Shown here: positions 27,626 through 37,771 of the stretch, in pieces
Layout of the letters: every line of letters starts with the position of its first letter
How positions within the stretch are numbered: the stretch's first letter is position 1
Assembly: GCA_050294405.1 (NCBI GenBank)
Contig: JBNKOC010000027.1
Location: 67,639 to 131,638, forward strand
From: Fibrobacteria bacterium
GTDB taxonomy: Bacteria; Fibrobacterota; Fibrobacteria; UBA11236; JADFYW01
Direction: 5' to 3'
Length of the DNA stretch: 64,000 nucleotides
Position numbers and translations under genes: made by a program
Notes under the pieces: generated by a model
Told to the model about the DNA's origin: nothing
Database searches by the model: none
Seen by the model: only the letters and a program-made list of their open reading frames with translations

Positions 27626-28026
27626 AAATCAAAAATCAGCGCCATCAATCCGGTTTTGCTCTAATGGAAATTTTAGTCGCTATGGCCATTCTTGGGGTCG
27701 GTTTCAGTTTTATTTTAATGTCAGATAAAATTTCCTGGAATACCACGAAAAGTTCAATAAAGATGCTGAAAGCCGGGCACTTAATTGAAAAGAATATTGA
27801 GCAGCTTAGAATACATATAAGCTCAAATCCAGCAGCTAACTTTCCTCCTACAGACACCAGCTTCACTGAAGATGGAATTACATTTCAACGAAAAATAACA
27901 ACGGCTTACTCTCCAAAAACGGGAACCGCCCTATCTAACATCCGAAAATTGGAAATAACTACCGCTTGGGGTAGTAGCGTAAACGATTCTTTAAATATTC
28001 AAACTTACATATCCAGAGATTTTTAG
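27622..28026 (+). CDS. Type IV minor pilin / pseudopilin, PilV-GspI-like
   Basis: SG/FALMEILVAMAILGVG has Glu at +5. There is an ATGA overlap with the upstream gene. Confidence 0.72.
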   Translation: MKIKNQRHQSGFALMEILVAMAILGVGFSFILMSDKISWNTTKSSIKMLKAGHLIEKNIEQLRIHISSNPAANFPPTDTSFTEDGITFQRKITTAYSPKTGTALSNIRKLEITTAWGSSVNDSLNIQTYISRDF

Positions 28027-28027
28027 C

Positions 28028-28825
28028 ATGTTTCACTTTAGCAACAGCAGTTCCGGGTTTTCCATTTTAGAACTCATGGTAGCCATGATGATTTCAGGAA
28101 TATTTTTGTTAGCACTGGGAAAAATGTTAAATGATACTCAAGTAAGCTACCAAGCTCAAAGTGAAATATTAGAGGTAAATCAAAATGCTCAGTACACCAT
28201 AAACAAGTTATCCGATGCCCTGATGGAAGCGGGAGCAACCCTCCCCTCTGGGGGATGGAATATCATAGAAACAGCTTCCAACCCTTCTGACAGTTTTAAA
28301 GTCCATATTAATCCTGAAGGAGGATATCAGGTTATCCAACAAAGTTCCATTACCACAAACAAAATCCCTGTAGACAATGGAGCAGGATTTAGCAAGGCGT
28401 TAAAAATCAAATACATTCCTTATAACCCGGTAATGTTCAAGGCAGATTTAAATATTGAAACCAGCTACAATTCAAATGGGTATGTAGATGGGATAAAAAC
28501 AGTATCTGGATCCTATGATTCTGTAAAAGTTACTACCACTAAAACTTTTTATAAAGGTGACACTATATACTCTTACTCCTCACATAACTACTACAAAAAC
28601 GGAACAAACTTGTATTACAATAATGAAATTTTTGCAGAAAATATTGATACTCTGGCCATAACCTTTTTAGATGCGAGCCATAGCATCACTTCCAATTGGG
28701 ATAACATGGCATTTATTGACATTAAAGTAACAGCCAGGTCTTTAAGTAATAATACTCTAAGTGTTGGAGATGGTTACCGACGCTCAACCTTATCGAAAAA
28801 GTTTCGCTTAAAAAATAAAATTTGA
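28028..28825 (+). CDS. Type IV minor pilin / pseudopilin, PilW-GspJ-like
   Basis: SG/FSILELMVAMMISGIF has Glu at +5. Length is 265 aa. Confidence 0.68.
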   Translation: MFHFSNSSSGFSILELMVAMMISGIFLLALGKMLNDTQVSYQAQSEILEVNQNAQYTINKLSDALMEAGATLPSGGWNIIETASNPSDSFKVHINPEGGYQVIQQSSITTNKIPVDNGAGFSKALKIKYIPYNPVMFKADLNIETSYNSNGYVDGIKTVSGSYDSVKVTTTKTFYKGDTIYSYSSHNYYKNGTNLYYNNEIFAENIDTLAITFLDASHSITSNWDNMAFIDIKVTARSLSNNTLSVGDGYRRSTLSKKFRLKNKI

Positions 28826-28833
28826 GGCATTGC

Positions 28834-30543
28834 ATGGCGACTAATCATTTAAAAAAAGAAGGCGGATTTGCGATTATTGCCACTCTGTTAATTTTATTGG
28901 GCGTCACTATTATGGCCATTGGCGCTCTATATAACGGCCAAATCAGCAATATGATTGCCAACAATTATAAAAAGAAAATTCAGTCCTTTTATTCCTCCGA
29001 TGGTATGATGACATTGCTCACACAGGAAATTATTGATGGCCGCGGAAACAGTTATGCGCCGCTTGTAAATTACAACAATGGCATTACCATGGAAGTTTGG
29101 AATGGGATTTCCGGAAATAGTATTTCAAGTCTTATCAATAATCCCGACTACCCAAATTATCCATCCACTACTACCACCTTAACATCTTATTTTGAAGCGC
29201 CCTCAAATTACGGCAATAATTTTGGAGCTAGAATACATGGTTATATCCATCCTCCAGATAATGGATTTTATAATTTTTGGATAGCAGCCGATGACAATTG
29301 CCAGCTCTATTTAAGCACAGATGACAATCCCGAAAATATTAAAAAAATTGGGGGACACACGTCATACACAAATTCCAGAGAATGGACAAAACACCCTAAT
29401 CAATTATCCGCCCCCATTTATTTGAAAGGAGGGGAGCGCTATTATATTTGCGCTTTATACAAAGAAGGCAATGGAGGTGATAACTTAGCTGTAGGTTGGG
29501 GCTGGTATAGAGACGATTTTTCATGGAATATGGAAAGACCTATCCCAGGAAGCCGGCTATCACCCTTCGGGTCTATACTGTCGCAAGGAAGTGACACTAT
29601 TCAATTTGCTGGGTTTAATTTAAAGTATGAAATAACCGAAACCAGAAAAGATATGTTTACAATTGGCACAGAATCCTTTTTAAACAATTTTGGATCGAAA
29701 AAAACTTTTGCCACTCCTTTATTACAATCCATTGACAGAGGCTATGAAGGAATTAATATCGACAATTCACAATCTAGCGTTAAACTTCCAGTAACATTTT
29801 ACGACCACAAATCCCGGGCAACCAGCGATCCCTGTGATAACAACCCCTTTAACCCCTGTCCCATATCGGGTCTTATGACAGGACTGGTCCAGGATACACT
29901 TGGCCAAAATGGCCTTCCTTTGTTTAAACCTCACCCTTTGTTAAATAATGGCTGCACAAACTGCGGGTTTTATAACGATAAGGTTGGCAAATGGTTTACG
30001 GCCAATCCCCCTGCATGGGTGCCCGGAAGTGAACTCTTTGATATTATCTATAAAGATTCGCTTACATTTACAAAACTGCCTAATGGGAGTTACCGCTACC
30101 AAAACAACAACTTTTTTCCTTTGGATAACTTCCCTAACACTCTAGTTAAACAGGGGTTGGAAAGCAACATATATGGTAGTGATTTCAATTGGCATAACTT
30201 TGGGTTTGCCATGCACATGACCAGGCGTTTTACCTACAACGCTGCAACCGCCCCATACCAAAATTTTTACTTTACCGGCGATGATGATGTTTGGGTGTTT
30301 ATTGATGGAAAATTAGTAATGGATTTGGGAGGCATTCATACTGCAGTAAGCGGAAGCTTTAATCTAAAAATTGTTGCCGATGCCATCGGACTTATTGATG
30401 GCCAAACATATAACTACGACTTTTTCTACGCCGAAAGACATTGCTGTTCCTCGACCATCCAAATTACCACTAACATTAATTTGTTTGATCCTCCAACTCC
30501 TCCCAAACGAAGCTGGCAAAGGGATTATGGCTATTTAGATTGA
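28834..30543 (+). CDS. PilX/GspK-like minor pilin anchor fused to PA14 and fibro-slime domains
   Basis: The ATG at 28834 follows GAGG; the track start at 28822 is TTG. The GGFAIIATLLILLGV anchor has no Glu at +5. PA14-like sequence is GARIHGYIHPPDNGFYNFWIAADDNCQLYL...GNGGDNLAVGW. Fibro-slime-like sequence is PVTFYDHK...FFPLDNF...HNFGFAMHM...FTGDDDVWVFIDGKLVMDLGGIH. Confidence 0.72.
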   Translation: MATNHLKKEGGFAIIATLLILLGVTIMAIGALYNGQISNMIANNYKKKIQSFYSSDGMMTLLTQEIIDGRGNSYAPLVNYNNGITMEVWNGISGNSISSLINNPDYPNYPSTTTTLTSYFEAPSNYGNNFGARIHGYIHPPDNGFYNFWIAADDNCQLYLSTDDNPENIKKIGGHTSYTNSREWTKHPNQLSAPIYLKGGERYYICALYKEGNGGDNLAVGWGWYRDDFSWNMERPIPGSRLSPFGSILSQGSDTIQFAGFNLKYEITETRKDMFTIGTESFLNNFGSKKTFATPLLQSIDRGYEGINIDNSQSSVKLPVTFYDHKSRATSDPCDNNPFNPCPISGLMTGLVQDTLGQNGLPLFKPHPLLNNGCTNCGFYNDKVGKWFTANPPAWVPGSELFDIIYKDSLTFTKLPNGSYRYQNNNFFPLDNFPNTLVKQGLESNIYGSDFNWHNFGFAMHMTRRFTYNAATAPYQNFYFTGDDDVWVFIDGKLVMDLGGIHTAVSGSFNLKIVADAIGLIDGQTYNYDFFYAERHCCSSTIQITTNINLFDPPTPPKRSWQRDYGYLD

Positions 30544-31451
30544 GCTCGGAAAATACCTGCACTTGTTCCTGCATATATGAATTCGCCGGCTTTGGAAAGG
30601 GACAACAGTTGTGTTCCCTCTGCAATTCCAGAGCTAAATTTCACCCAAGTCTTTCCATCATCGGTGGAAAAAAATATACCGTCTTTATTAGTACCAGCAT
30701 AAAGTACCTCATTGGCAGATAATAAACAGGTTATCCCCTCAAGACTTGAGTTATACACATTCCATTTAACGCCATTGTCTTTCGAAAAATAGACTTCGCT
30801 CCGGCTAACAGCAAACAACTGAGTCTTATGTGTCCCAATTTGGCTTAGTTGAATGTTGGAAATTCCAGAATCCATTTTATCCCAACCTGTTCCAAGGGTC
30901 ATAAAAATTCCGCTGTTTTCACTAGCTGCAAAAACCATTTTTAAAATACCTGTAAAAGAAATTATGCTAACATTATCTGGAATACCGGAATTCATATTTG
31001 CCCATGTCATTCCGTTGTCTATTGATTTGTAAACTCCTTCGCCGGTACTCGCAAAAAAGATACCGTGAAAACCCCAAAGAGACCATACAGGATTATTTGA
31101 CATTCCCACAGTGCCGCCCGGCTCCCAATTAATAACCTTTGATAAAGAACGAGCCAAACCCTCAGTGGTGCCCGCAAAAAGAATATTATCAACCGCAAAT
31201 AAGGATAAAACACCTGCATTTTTATAAGGAGCAGGTACGATTATCCAATTTACTCCCTGATTATTTGAGCGATAAAGGACTTTATTAATAGCAACAAAGA
31301 CACTGTTATTGGATTCACAAATAGCCCCTACCTTTCCACCTGGCAAGCCATTTACCAAAGCCCACTCTCCATACAGTACAGGCGGCCAGACAACAAATAA
31401 AATTGCAAAAAAATGTATTTTAAACCTTAATTTCATAAATAAAGAAGCCAT
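30531..31451 (-). CDS. BNR/Asp-box repeat beta-propeller protein (Ycf48/sortilin-like), secreted
   Basis: It has a signal peptide and repeated SxDxGxxW boxes: SNNQGVNW, SIDNGMTW, SKDNGVKW, STDDGKTW. Confidence 0.7.
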   Translation of the reverse strand: MASLFMKLRFKIHFFAILFVVWPPVLYGEWALVNGLPGGKVGAICESNNSVFVAINKVLYRSNNQGVNWIIVPAPYKNAGVLSLFAVDNILFAGTTEGLARSLSKVINWEPGGTVGMSNNPVWSLWGFHGIFFASTGEGVYKSIDNGMTWANMNSGIPDNVSIISFTGILKMVFAASENSGIFMTLGTGWDKMDSGISNIQLSQIGTHKTQLFAVSRSEVYFSKDNGVKWNVYNSSLEGITCLLSANEVLYAGTNKDGIFFSTDDGKTWVKFSSGIAEGTQLLSLSKAGEFIYAGTSAGIFRAQSK

Positions 31452-31667
31452 TGCGTATCCTCTAAAGATACAGAAAAATAAATCAAAAAAATGAGCTCTC
31501 TGTTTTTTTCCTTACTTGGAGCTATATTATTTAAAAGTCAAATATATGCTTTTTACTGGGTACTGGAGTCATTACTCCAAAAAACAACATCTGTTAGCTA
31601 TTCTTTGCAGATAGGCGACATTAGAATAATTCTAATCTAATTATGAATTAGCTACAAGGAGGGATAG

Positions 31668-33413
31668 ATGCTCTTGAGATCCACCATTTCTGTTTTTATT
31701 CATTTTCACAATAAAATAATATGGTTTATTGCATTCGTTCTTTGTTTCGCACATAACCTTGAAGCACAACTGAAATCACACCCTGGTTACGACATAGTTG
31801 ATGTTACCGTATCGGGTTTTAACAAGGGTATCACAGGGTTGGACTTTTTACCCGATGGTAGAATGGTTGTTCTCACCTACAGAGGCAATATGGACAAACC
31901 CAGTGTTCAAGGAAATGATTTACCCCTAACTCGGACCGAATGGGGAGAAGCCTACATCATAGATAACATTGGTGGTTCAGGCAGCGCTACCGCCACCAAA
32001 ATATTTGACAAATTTATTGATGCTATGGGGGTTTTGGTTCATAATGGAAATATTATCGTAGCTGACCAGAATAAACTCCTTAAGTTGGTGGATAATGGAA
32101 GCGGTTCCTACGAAGCCGAAACCCTAGCCGATATCCCTACCGGCGATGGCTGGTTCGAATACTCATTCGGTCCAGTGGCGCCAGGAGACGGTTATTTTTA
32201 TGTTGGCAACAGCAACCACACCGAGCCCCCCATTGGCTATCTTACAGAACAAGGAGCTCCCGATAGAGGAACTATTATCCGAATTCCAGAGGAAGGAGGC
32301 GACTATGAAGTATATGCTACAGGTATCCGTATGCCGGATGGCATGGGCATAGGGCCAAATAACCAACTCATTGTCACAGAAAATCAGGGCATTTGGCGAC
32401 CAGCCAGCACTCTTGAACACATTCAACAGGGAAAATTTTATGGCTACGCCCATGACGAGGCAGATAGAAACCCCGATGACGTAACTCCACCTAGCATCTG
32501 GTTGCCCTACCAAACCTTCGTGAATTCCCCTACCCAACCAGTTTATATGAAGTCAGGTCGATATAAAGGACAAATGTTGTTCGGAGATTGGGGAAAGTCA
32601 GGCTTATTCCGGGCTTTTTTAGATCCCATTAAAGACAAGAATGGAGAGGATACTTACCAGGGAGCTTGTTTTTTTGTTACGGATGGGTTTAAGCAATACG
32701 CCTTAAGATTACACCTTGATCCCAATACTGGCGAGATATATACCGGTAATATAGGAATGGCCGCCACAGGACCTGGTCCACAAAAAGTTATTCCAAATGA
32801 TGATGTTTCCGTATTTGAAATGCTCGCTATTAGAGCTCGCAATGGCGGAATGGAAATTGAATTTACGGAGCCGGTCGGAGATATGGCCAGCCAAACCAAC
32901 ATGTACAGTCTTGAACATTGGTACTACGAATTTAACATCGAATATTACAATGACCCAATGGGCATAACTGATTTGGATATTTCAGGAGTGCAAATTTCTG
33001 AAGACAAAACTAAAGTTTTTCTTGAAATCAGCAATTTAACTACTGATAGAGTTATCCATTTTGAATTAAGTGGCAATCTGAAATCACAAAATGGAGGAAG
33101 TTTGTTATATAACGAAGCTTGGTACACACTTAATTACATGAATCAAAGTGAACCGTTTACCTCGGTCAACCCTAACCATAGAGTAATCCCTTCTGATGTT
33201 AGCATAAATAATGCTGCAGGCAATATTTATTTTGAATGGTCTTTAAATTACAATAGCCTTTCCATTTTCAATTTAGATGGATCTGAAATCGACAACTTCA
33301 ATATCCGGGGGCTCACTGAATTTAAAATTCCAAAGGATTATCAATATAAGGGAGTCTTGCTTGTTCAGTTGAAAGGCAATGAGTTCTCTTCTCTCAAAAA
33401 AGTTGCGTTTTAA
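31668..33413 (+). CDS. Secreted beta-propeller protein (glucose/sorbosone-dehydrogenase-like fold?) with a T9SS-type C-terminal domain
   Basis: It has a signal peptide, propeller-like segments (GLDFLPDGRMVV, GIGPNNQLIVTENQG) and the C-terminus KGVLLVQLKGNEFSSLKKVAF. The fold assignment is tentative. Confidence 0.5.
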   Translation: MLLRSTISVFIHFHNKIIWFIAFVLCFAHNLEAQLKSHPGYDIVDVTVSGFNKGITGLDFLPDGRMVVLTYRGNMDKPSVQGNDLPLTRTEWGEAYIIDNIGGSGSATATKIFDKFIDAMGVLVHNGNIIVADQNKLLKLVDNGSGSYEAETLADIPTGDGWFEYSFGPVAPGDGYFYVGNSNHTEPPIGYLTEQGAPDRGTIIRIPEEGGDYEVYATGIRMPDGMGIGPNNQLIVTENQGIWRPASTLEHIQQGKFYGYAHDEADRNPDDVTPPSIWLPYQTFVNSPTQPVYMKSGRYKGQMLFGDWGKSGLFRAFLDPIKDKNGEDTYQGACFFVTDGFKQYALRLHLDPNTGEIYTGNIGMAATGPGPQKVIPNDDVSVFEMLAIRARNGGMEIEFTEPVGDMASQTNMYSLEHWYYEFNIEYYNDPMGITDLDISGVQISEDKTKVFLEISNLTTDRVIHFELSGNLKSQNGGSLLYNEAWYTLNYMNQSEPFTSVNPNHRVIPSDVSINNAAGNIYFEWSLNYNSLSIFNLDGSEIDNFNIRGLTEFKIPKDYQYKGVLLVQLKGNEFSSLKKVAF

Positions 33414-33552
33414 TGTAAGGTTAAAAGGTTAACCCAATTTTCCGCTAGAAAAATCAAGTCTTAAGGCTTTTGCTTTGCTCCAATCTTCAATTGGTAAAGC
33501 CTAAAATTTACATTATACGTTCAGTAGCTTTAACTTCTAATTTTATTAAGGA

Positions 33553-35634
33553 ATGAATAAACTAAAACAAACTGGCGGGTGGTGGAAAAATGGCGGATTA
33601 GCACTTTTATCCATCCTTATCTTTGCCGGTATCTTAGAAGGTATAGGGGTTTTACTACGAATAGAGCCGCTAGCCCTCTCCCAAGACAGCATGATGAGAT
33701 ATGCTTCAAGTACCCCTCTCTTCATTCCCTCCCCTTCCGATCCAAAAAAAATGACGACGGCTCCCAATAAATTGAAACCTTTTAATATTCAAACTTTTCT
33801 GAAAAAAAAACCAAAGGGGACAAAACGAATATTCTGTTTGGGAGGCTCCACAACTTATGGGCGCCCTTATAATGACAAGGCATCCTTTTGCAATTGGTTA
33901 AGGCAAATGCTTCCCGTAGCAGATCCCACAGCCGATTGGGAACTCATTAATGCGGGTGGAATTTCTTATGCCAGTTACCGTATTGCCGAGTTGATGAAGG
34001 AACTAGTAAAATACGAACCCGACCTGTTTATTTTGTATTCAGGACATAATGAATTTCTGGAACAACGTACATACGCCCACATTGCAAAATTGCCATTTAT
34101 TGTAAGACAGAGTGCCTGGATTTTAGAACACACCCGTGGATATTCTCTTTTAAAACGCGTTTACATGTCTATACGGAATTCAAAGGCTCCAGACAATGAA
34201 ATCCATACTATGCAGGCTGATGTAACTGCCATTCTGGATAACAGCTATGGTCCAAAGTTCTACAGTCGGGACGACACCCTGAGCCGAAATATTATAACTC
34301 ATTATAAACAGTCTGTTTCCAGAATTATTAACAAAGCAAAATACGCCAACGCCAATATTCTTGTTATCTCCACTCCTTCCAATCTTCTCCATTGCTCGCC
34401 ATTTAAAAGCCAATATTCTTCCAGCTTAAACCAAGCCCAAAAATTAAAACTTGACTCTTTGCTAAATGTTGGTAAAAAACATTTCAATAAGGGAATGTAT
34501 CCCTTATCCTTAAAAATATTTAAAGCTGCCCATAACATCGACAAGCGTCATGCTGAGGTCTTATATTTTTTGGGCAAATCCTATTTTGAAACAGGGGAAC
34601 CCCAATTAGCTTATACTTATCTTCAAAAGGCTAAGGACGAAGACATCTGCCCACTTCGAGCATTTTCAGATGAGCCACGCTGGTTGGAACATATCGCTAA
34701 TGAGGAAAAGGTGCCTTTTTTGGACTTTAATAGCATTTTGGAAGAACAGTCCATGGAAAAAACCGGACATCGGTTACTGGGCAAATCCGACTTTTACGAT
34801 CACGTTCACCTAACTATTGAAAACCACAAGTTGCTTGCCATAAAGATCATCGATAAAATGGCGAAATACCAGTTACTTCAGACAAGCCCCCATTGGAAAA
34901 AGAATATCCAGGGAATTTCCAAAGATGTTATGGCAAGTCTGGATAAACGCGCCTATGGATTTGCCATGCACAATTTGGCTAAAGTTTTAAACTGGGCGGG
35001 AAAACACGAAGATGCCGTGTTAGCTGCAGAAAGCGCCTTAGCTGTTGTGGATGATGACATTCAGGCTTTAGGCAGTGCTTTATACATTGGCACCTCTTAT
35101 CAGAGAAAAAAAATGCTGGATAGTGCCATTTATTATTACCAACTTGCCTTTAGACTGGATTCCAATAACTTTGAAGCCAACGATTTTTTGGGAAAGGCCT
35201 ATTTCCTTAAACAATCTTTTTCGGAAGCTGAACCTTTTTTGGAAAGAGCTTTAAGGCTTTCCGGAAATAATTCTCAAGATTTATTAGCAAAGCTTGGACA
35301 GCTTAATATTTTTCTCAAGCGTCCGGAAAAAGCATTAGCGTTTTTTGAACGACGAGCGAACCTCTCACCCCATAACCCTAAAGCCCAATGTGATTTTGGT
35401 TACGCTCTTTTACATGCTTATCAAATAAATAGAGCCGAACTAATTTTTAGTAGAATCATGCAAGCCTCTCCCAATTACCCCGATGCCATGGCAGGTATTG
35501 GTGAAGTACTAATGGTTAAAAATCAGCCAACGGAAGCCATAAAATATTTTTCAAGGGCTATGGAGGCAGACCCTACAAATCTGCGTTATCAAAACTTAAT
35601 CCAACGCCTACTTAATTATGAGAAGCCTAATTAA
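33553..35634 (+). CDS. SGNH/GDSL-like hydrolase domain fused to TPR repeats
   Basis: It has an N-terminal TM segment, RIFCLGGSTTYG and ILYSGHNEF blocks, DHVHL, and C-terminal TPR repeats (several A..YF..A...P motifs). Confidence 0.62.
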   Translation: MNKLKQTGGWWKNGGLALLSILIFAGILEGIGVLLRIEPLALSQDSMMRYASSTPLFIPSPSDPKKMTTAPNKLKPFNIQTFLKKKPKGTKRIFCLGGSTTYGRPYNDKASFCNWLRQMLPVADPTADWELINAGGISYASYRIAELMKELVKYEPDLFILYSGHNEFLEQRTYAHIAKLPFIVRQSAWILEHTRGYSLLKRVYMSIRNSKAPDNEIHTMQADVTAILDNSYGPKFYSRDDTLSRNIITHYKQSVSRIINKAKYANANILVISTPSNLLHCSPFKSQYSSSLNQAQKLKLDSLLNVGKKHFNKGMYPLSLKIFKAAHNIDKRHAEVLYFLGKSYFETGEPQLAYTYLQKAKDEDICPLRAFSDEPRWLEHIANEEKVPFLDFNSILEEQSMEKTGHRLLGKSDFYDHVHLTIENHKLLAIKIIDKMAKYQLLQTSPHWKKNIQGISKDVMASLDKRAYGFAMHNLAKVLNWAGKHEDAVLAAESALAVVDDDIQALGSALYIGTSYQRKKMLDSAIYYYQLAFRLDSNNFEANDFLGKAYFLKQSFSEAEPFLERALRLSGNNSQDLLAKLGQLNIFLKRPEKALAFFERRANLSPHNPKAQCDFGYALLHAYQINRAELIFSRIMQASPNYPDAMAGIGEVLMVKNQPTEAIKYFSRAMEADPTNLRYQNLIQRLLNYEKPN

Positions 35635-35651
35635 AATGGTATTTTAATAAT

Positions 35652-36164
35652 ATGGGATTAAGGATATTTATCAAACTTCAGGCGAGCATTTATTTGTCTT
35701 TTACCTTTCTGGCTTTCTGCGATAAACCAGCTCATTCCGCTGAACTAAAAATTGAAAAAAATCTGAATACTAATTCTTTGGAAAATTGGCTTGGTATCTA
35801 CGAATATTCAGAATGGTATTTGCCACAAGGGAAAAAAAATAAATTGCTTCTCACTTATAATCTTTATATCACTGAATCAGACACGAACATTAGCTGCATT
35901 TTTGAAATTAACGGATTAAAGCAAAAAGAGCAGGCACAGTGTTCACTTCAATTAGAAAGCCAAAACTTGAATGTATATTTTAAAAGCCATCTATCTGAGA
36001 GTTATGGCGGACAGCTATCTAGAAAAAATCATTTGTTTGAACTTTCCCAAGATCCAATGGGTAGTTTGACCACAAGATGGGTTGAATTTTCACCCAAAAA
36101 TGAAACTTCCGAAGAAGGCTCTTTTTTTATCAAAGTGGATCCCAACAAACAGGACAGCGAATAA
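35652..36164 (+). CDS. Hypothetical secreted protein
   Basis: Only a signal-like N-terminus is visible. No motif was recognised. Confidence 0.4.
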   Translation: MGLRIFIKLQASIYLSFTFLAFCDKPAHSAELKIEKNLNTNSLENWLGIYEYSEWYLPQGKKNKLLLTYNLYITESDTNISCIFEINGLKQKEQAQCSLQLESQNLNVYFKSHLSESYGGQLSRKNHLFELSQDPMGSLTTRWVEFSPKNETSEEGSFFIKVDPNKQDSE

Positions 36165-36165
36165 A

Positions 36166-37524
36166 TTAAGAGTTAACTATTATTTTGCCTGAGTAATGCT
36201 TCCGGCCCAGGTTGATTTGAAAATAATACAGGCCCGGACTTAAACTAACTCCCTGGGAATCCTTTAAATCCCAAGTTATTTTGGTCGATGTTTCTCCATT
36301 TAAATTGGAAATCACAATCACAGTTTTTTTAGTCTTGTCCAAAATTTTAATTTGAGATTTTATTGGGCTGTTTTTTAGGTTCCTAAAGGAAAATAAAATT
36401 GATTTGGAATTTTTTTGAACTACCCAAAAGGACGATGGCCCCGTATAGTCGTAATTGTCCGATGGCAGATAAACAAGCTGGGCCATGTTTTTTGCCCAGT
36501 ACTCACACCATTTAACCTCTCCCCTGGCGCTCAAGTGAACTCCATCTTCAGATAAATACTTCGGATTTGATTTTATTAAGGAATAAAAATCAACAAGCCC
36601 TTTCCTCTTATTCCAGTTGTAAAAATCTGGGCTATAGCGAGCAATAAGAGGATCATATATTTTATATACATAAGGCCCGGATCCATTGCTGTCGGGAGGA
36701 ACAATATAGGGTTCAGCGTATTTTCTATAACTTATTCTGGACAATACAGGAATTTTTCCTGCCTTTTTTATTTCCTCTAACAGAATTTGAAGTGAATTTT
36801 GTAATTCTTCTGCTCCGCCTGGATAAGGCCTGTTTTTAGAAATGTTGTTACCCCCGACGTGCAACAATACAAAACTGGCGTAGGGATGCGATTCAAACAT
36901 GGCAGGCAAGGCTCCAATAACATCCTCCACCCCCCAACCTTTAACAGCCATATTAAACAAAATTGGGTTGGAACCTGATACTCTTCTGCGAATTTCCGGG
37001 TTAAAAATACTGTGGCGCATACTTTGGTTTTGAATACTGGCTCCTAATGCCAACCAGTAATCATTAATATGCTGCGAAGAAGGTTTATATATCCCCAAAT
37101 TCCAGACCTTGACGGCCTTTTTGCCCTTTCTAAATAATCTGAAGCGATATCGGTTTTCGCCTTCCAACCGAAAACTTACTTTATTCAAAAATGGTCCAGG
37201 TTCCAGGTTTTCGATGTTTTTCCAAATTCCTTTGGCAGAATCCAACAGTTCTTCAAAGACACCTGATGTATACGGAGCTACATTGTAAGTTAAGATATAG
37301 TCTGACGCTTCTTCAGATTCGATTCTAAAACTAAACCAACTGTCTCCAGGCCCCGTGGTATTCCAGCTGGCCTGTTTTTTCTTTTTTAAAGAAAAAAGAG
37401 AGCTTTTATTTTCGCTGGCTTCAATGGACTTAGCTGCAATAAACCAATTGCCCTTAGGCTTTAGGGGATTTTCCTGGGCTGCCCAGGAAAAGCTGACCAA
37501 AAAAAGAATAGCAATGGCTTTCAT
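36166..37524 (-). CDS. SGNH hydrolase with a T9SS-type C-terminal sorting domain
   Basis: It has a signal peptide, VLLHVGGNNI, DGVHLSARG and the C-terminus LSPGLYYFQINLGRKHYSGKIIVNS. Confidence 0.7.
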   Translation of the reverse strand: MKAIAILFLVSFSWAAQENPLKPKGNWFIAAKSIEASENKSSLFSLKKKKQASWNTTGPGDSWFSFRIESEEASDYILTYNVAPYTSGVFEELLDSAKGIWKNIENLEPGPFLNKVSFRLEGENRYRFRLFRKGKKAVKVWNLGIYKPSSQHINDYWLALGASIQNQSMRHSIFNPEIRRRVSGSNPILFNMAVKGWGVEDVIGALPAMFESHPYASFVLLHVGGNNISKNRPYPGGAEELQNSLQILLEEIKKAGKIPVLSRISYRKYAEPYIVPPDSNGSGPYVYKIYDPLIARYSPDFYNWNKRKGLVDFYSLIKSNPKYLSEDGVHLSARGEVKWCEYWAKNMAQLVYLPSDNYDYTGPSSFWVVQKNSKSILFSFRNLKNSPIKSQIKILDKTKKTVIVISNLNGETSTKITWDLKDSQGVSLSPGLYYFQINLGRKHYSGKIIVNS

Positions 37525-37646
37525 CCAGTTTAAATTAATTTTCCCAATTTATTGCGGGTAAAAAAGATTTGGGATATACAGGGCTGTTTTAAAATAGGGT
37601 TTCACTGCCCTCTTTTAAACTCGGTTTTGACATTGTTTGCGCATTT

Positions 37647-37674
37647 TTGACTGTAAAAATTAAAAACCTATATT
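37647..37674 (+). promoter_or_regulatory. Candidate promoter TTGACT-N16-TATATT upstream of rubrerythrin
   Basis: The hexamers lie at 37647-37652 and 37669-37674. A perfect TATAAT also occurs at 37694-37699. Confidence 0.5.
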
Positions 37675-37697
37675 AATCGTATATTTCGATTAATATA
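37669..37697. promoter_or_regulatory. Perfect 11-bp inverted repeat TATATTAATCG-N7-CGATTAATATA (candidate OxyR/PerR-type operator)
   Basis: The arms lie at 37669-37679 and 37687-37697. The repeat contains a T-N11-A core (TCGTATATTTCGA) and overlaps both -10-like hexamers. Confidence 0.55.
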
Positions 37698-37771
37698 ATA
37701 AATTTATTTCGTTAGACTCAATTAATATTTCTAGCTATACTAATAACATATTCAAAAACAAGGAGAACAAA

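Noticed and set aside
27104-30543. Reading the pilin operon as a type II secretion system gspHIJK block
   Set aside because: This cannot be excluded from sequence alone. However, there is no gspG, gspD/E/F or other T2SS gene nearby. The large adhesin-type extension on the fourth subunit fits an extended pilus better than a periplasmic pseudopilus. It is kept as an alternative in the finding.
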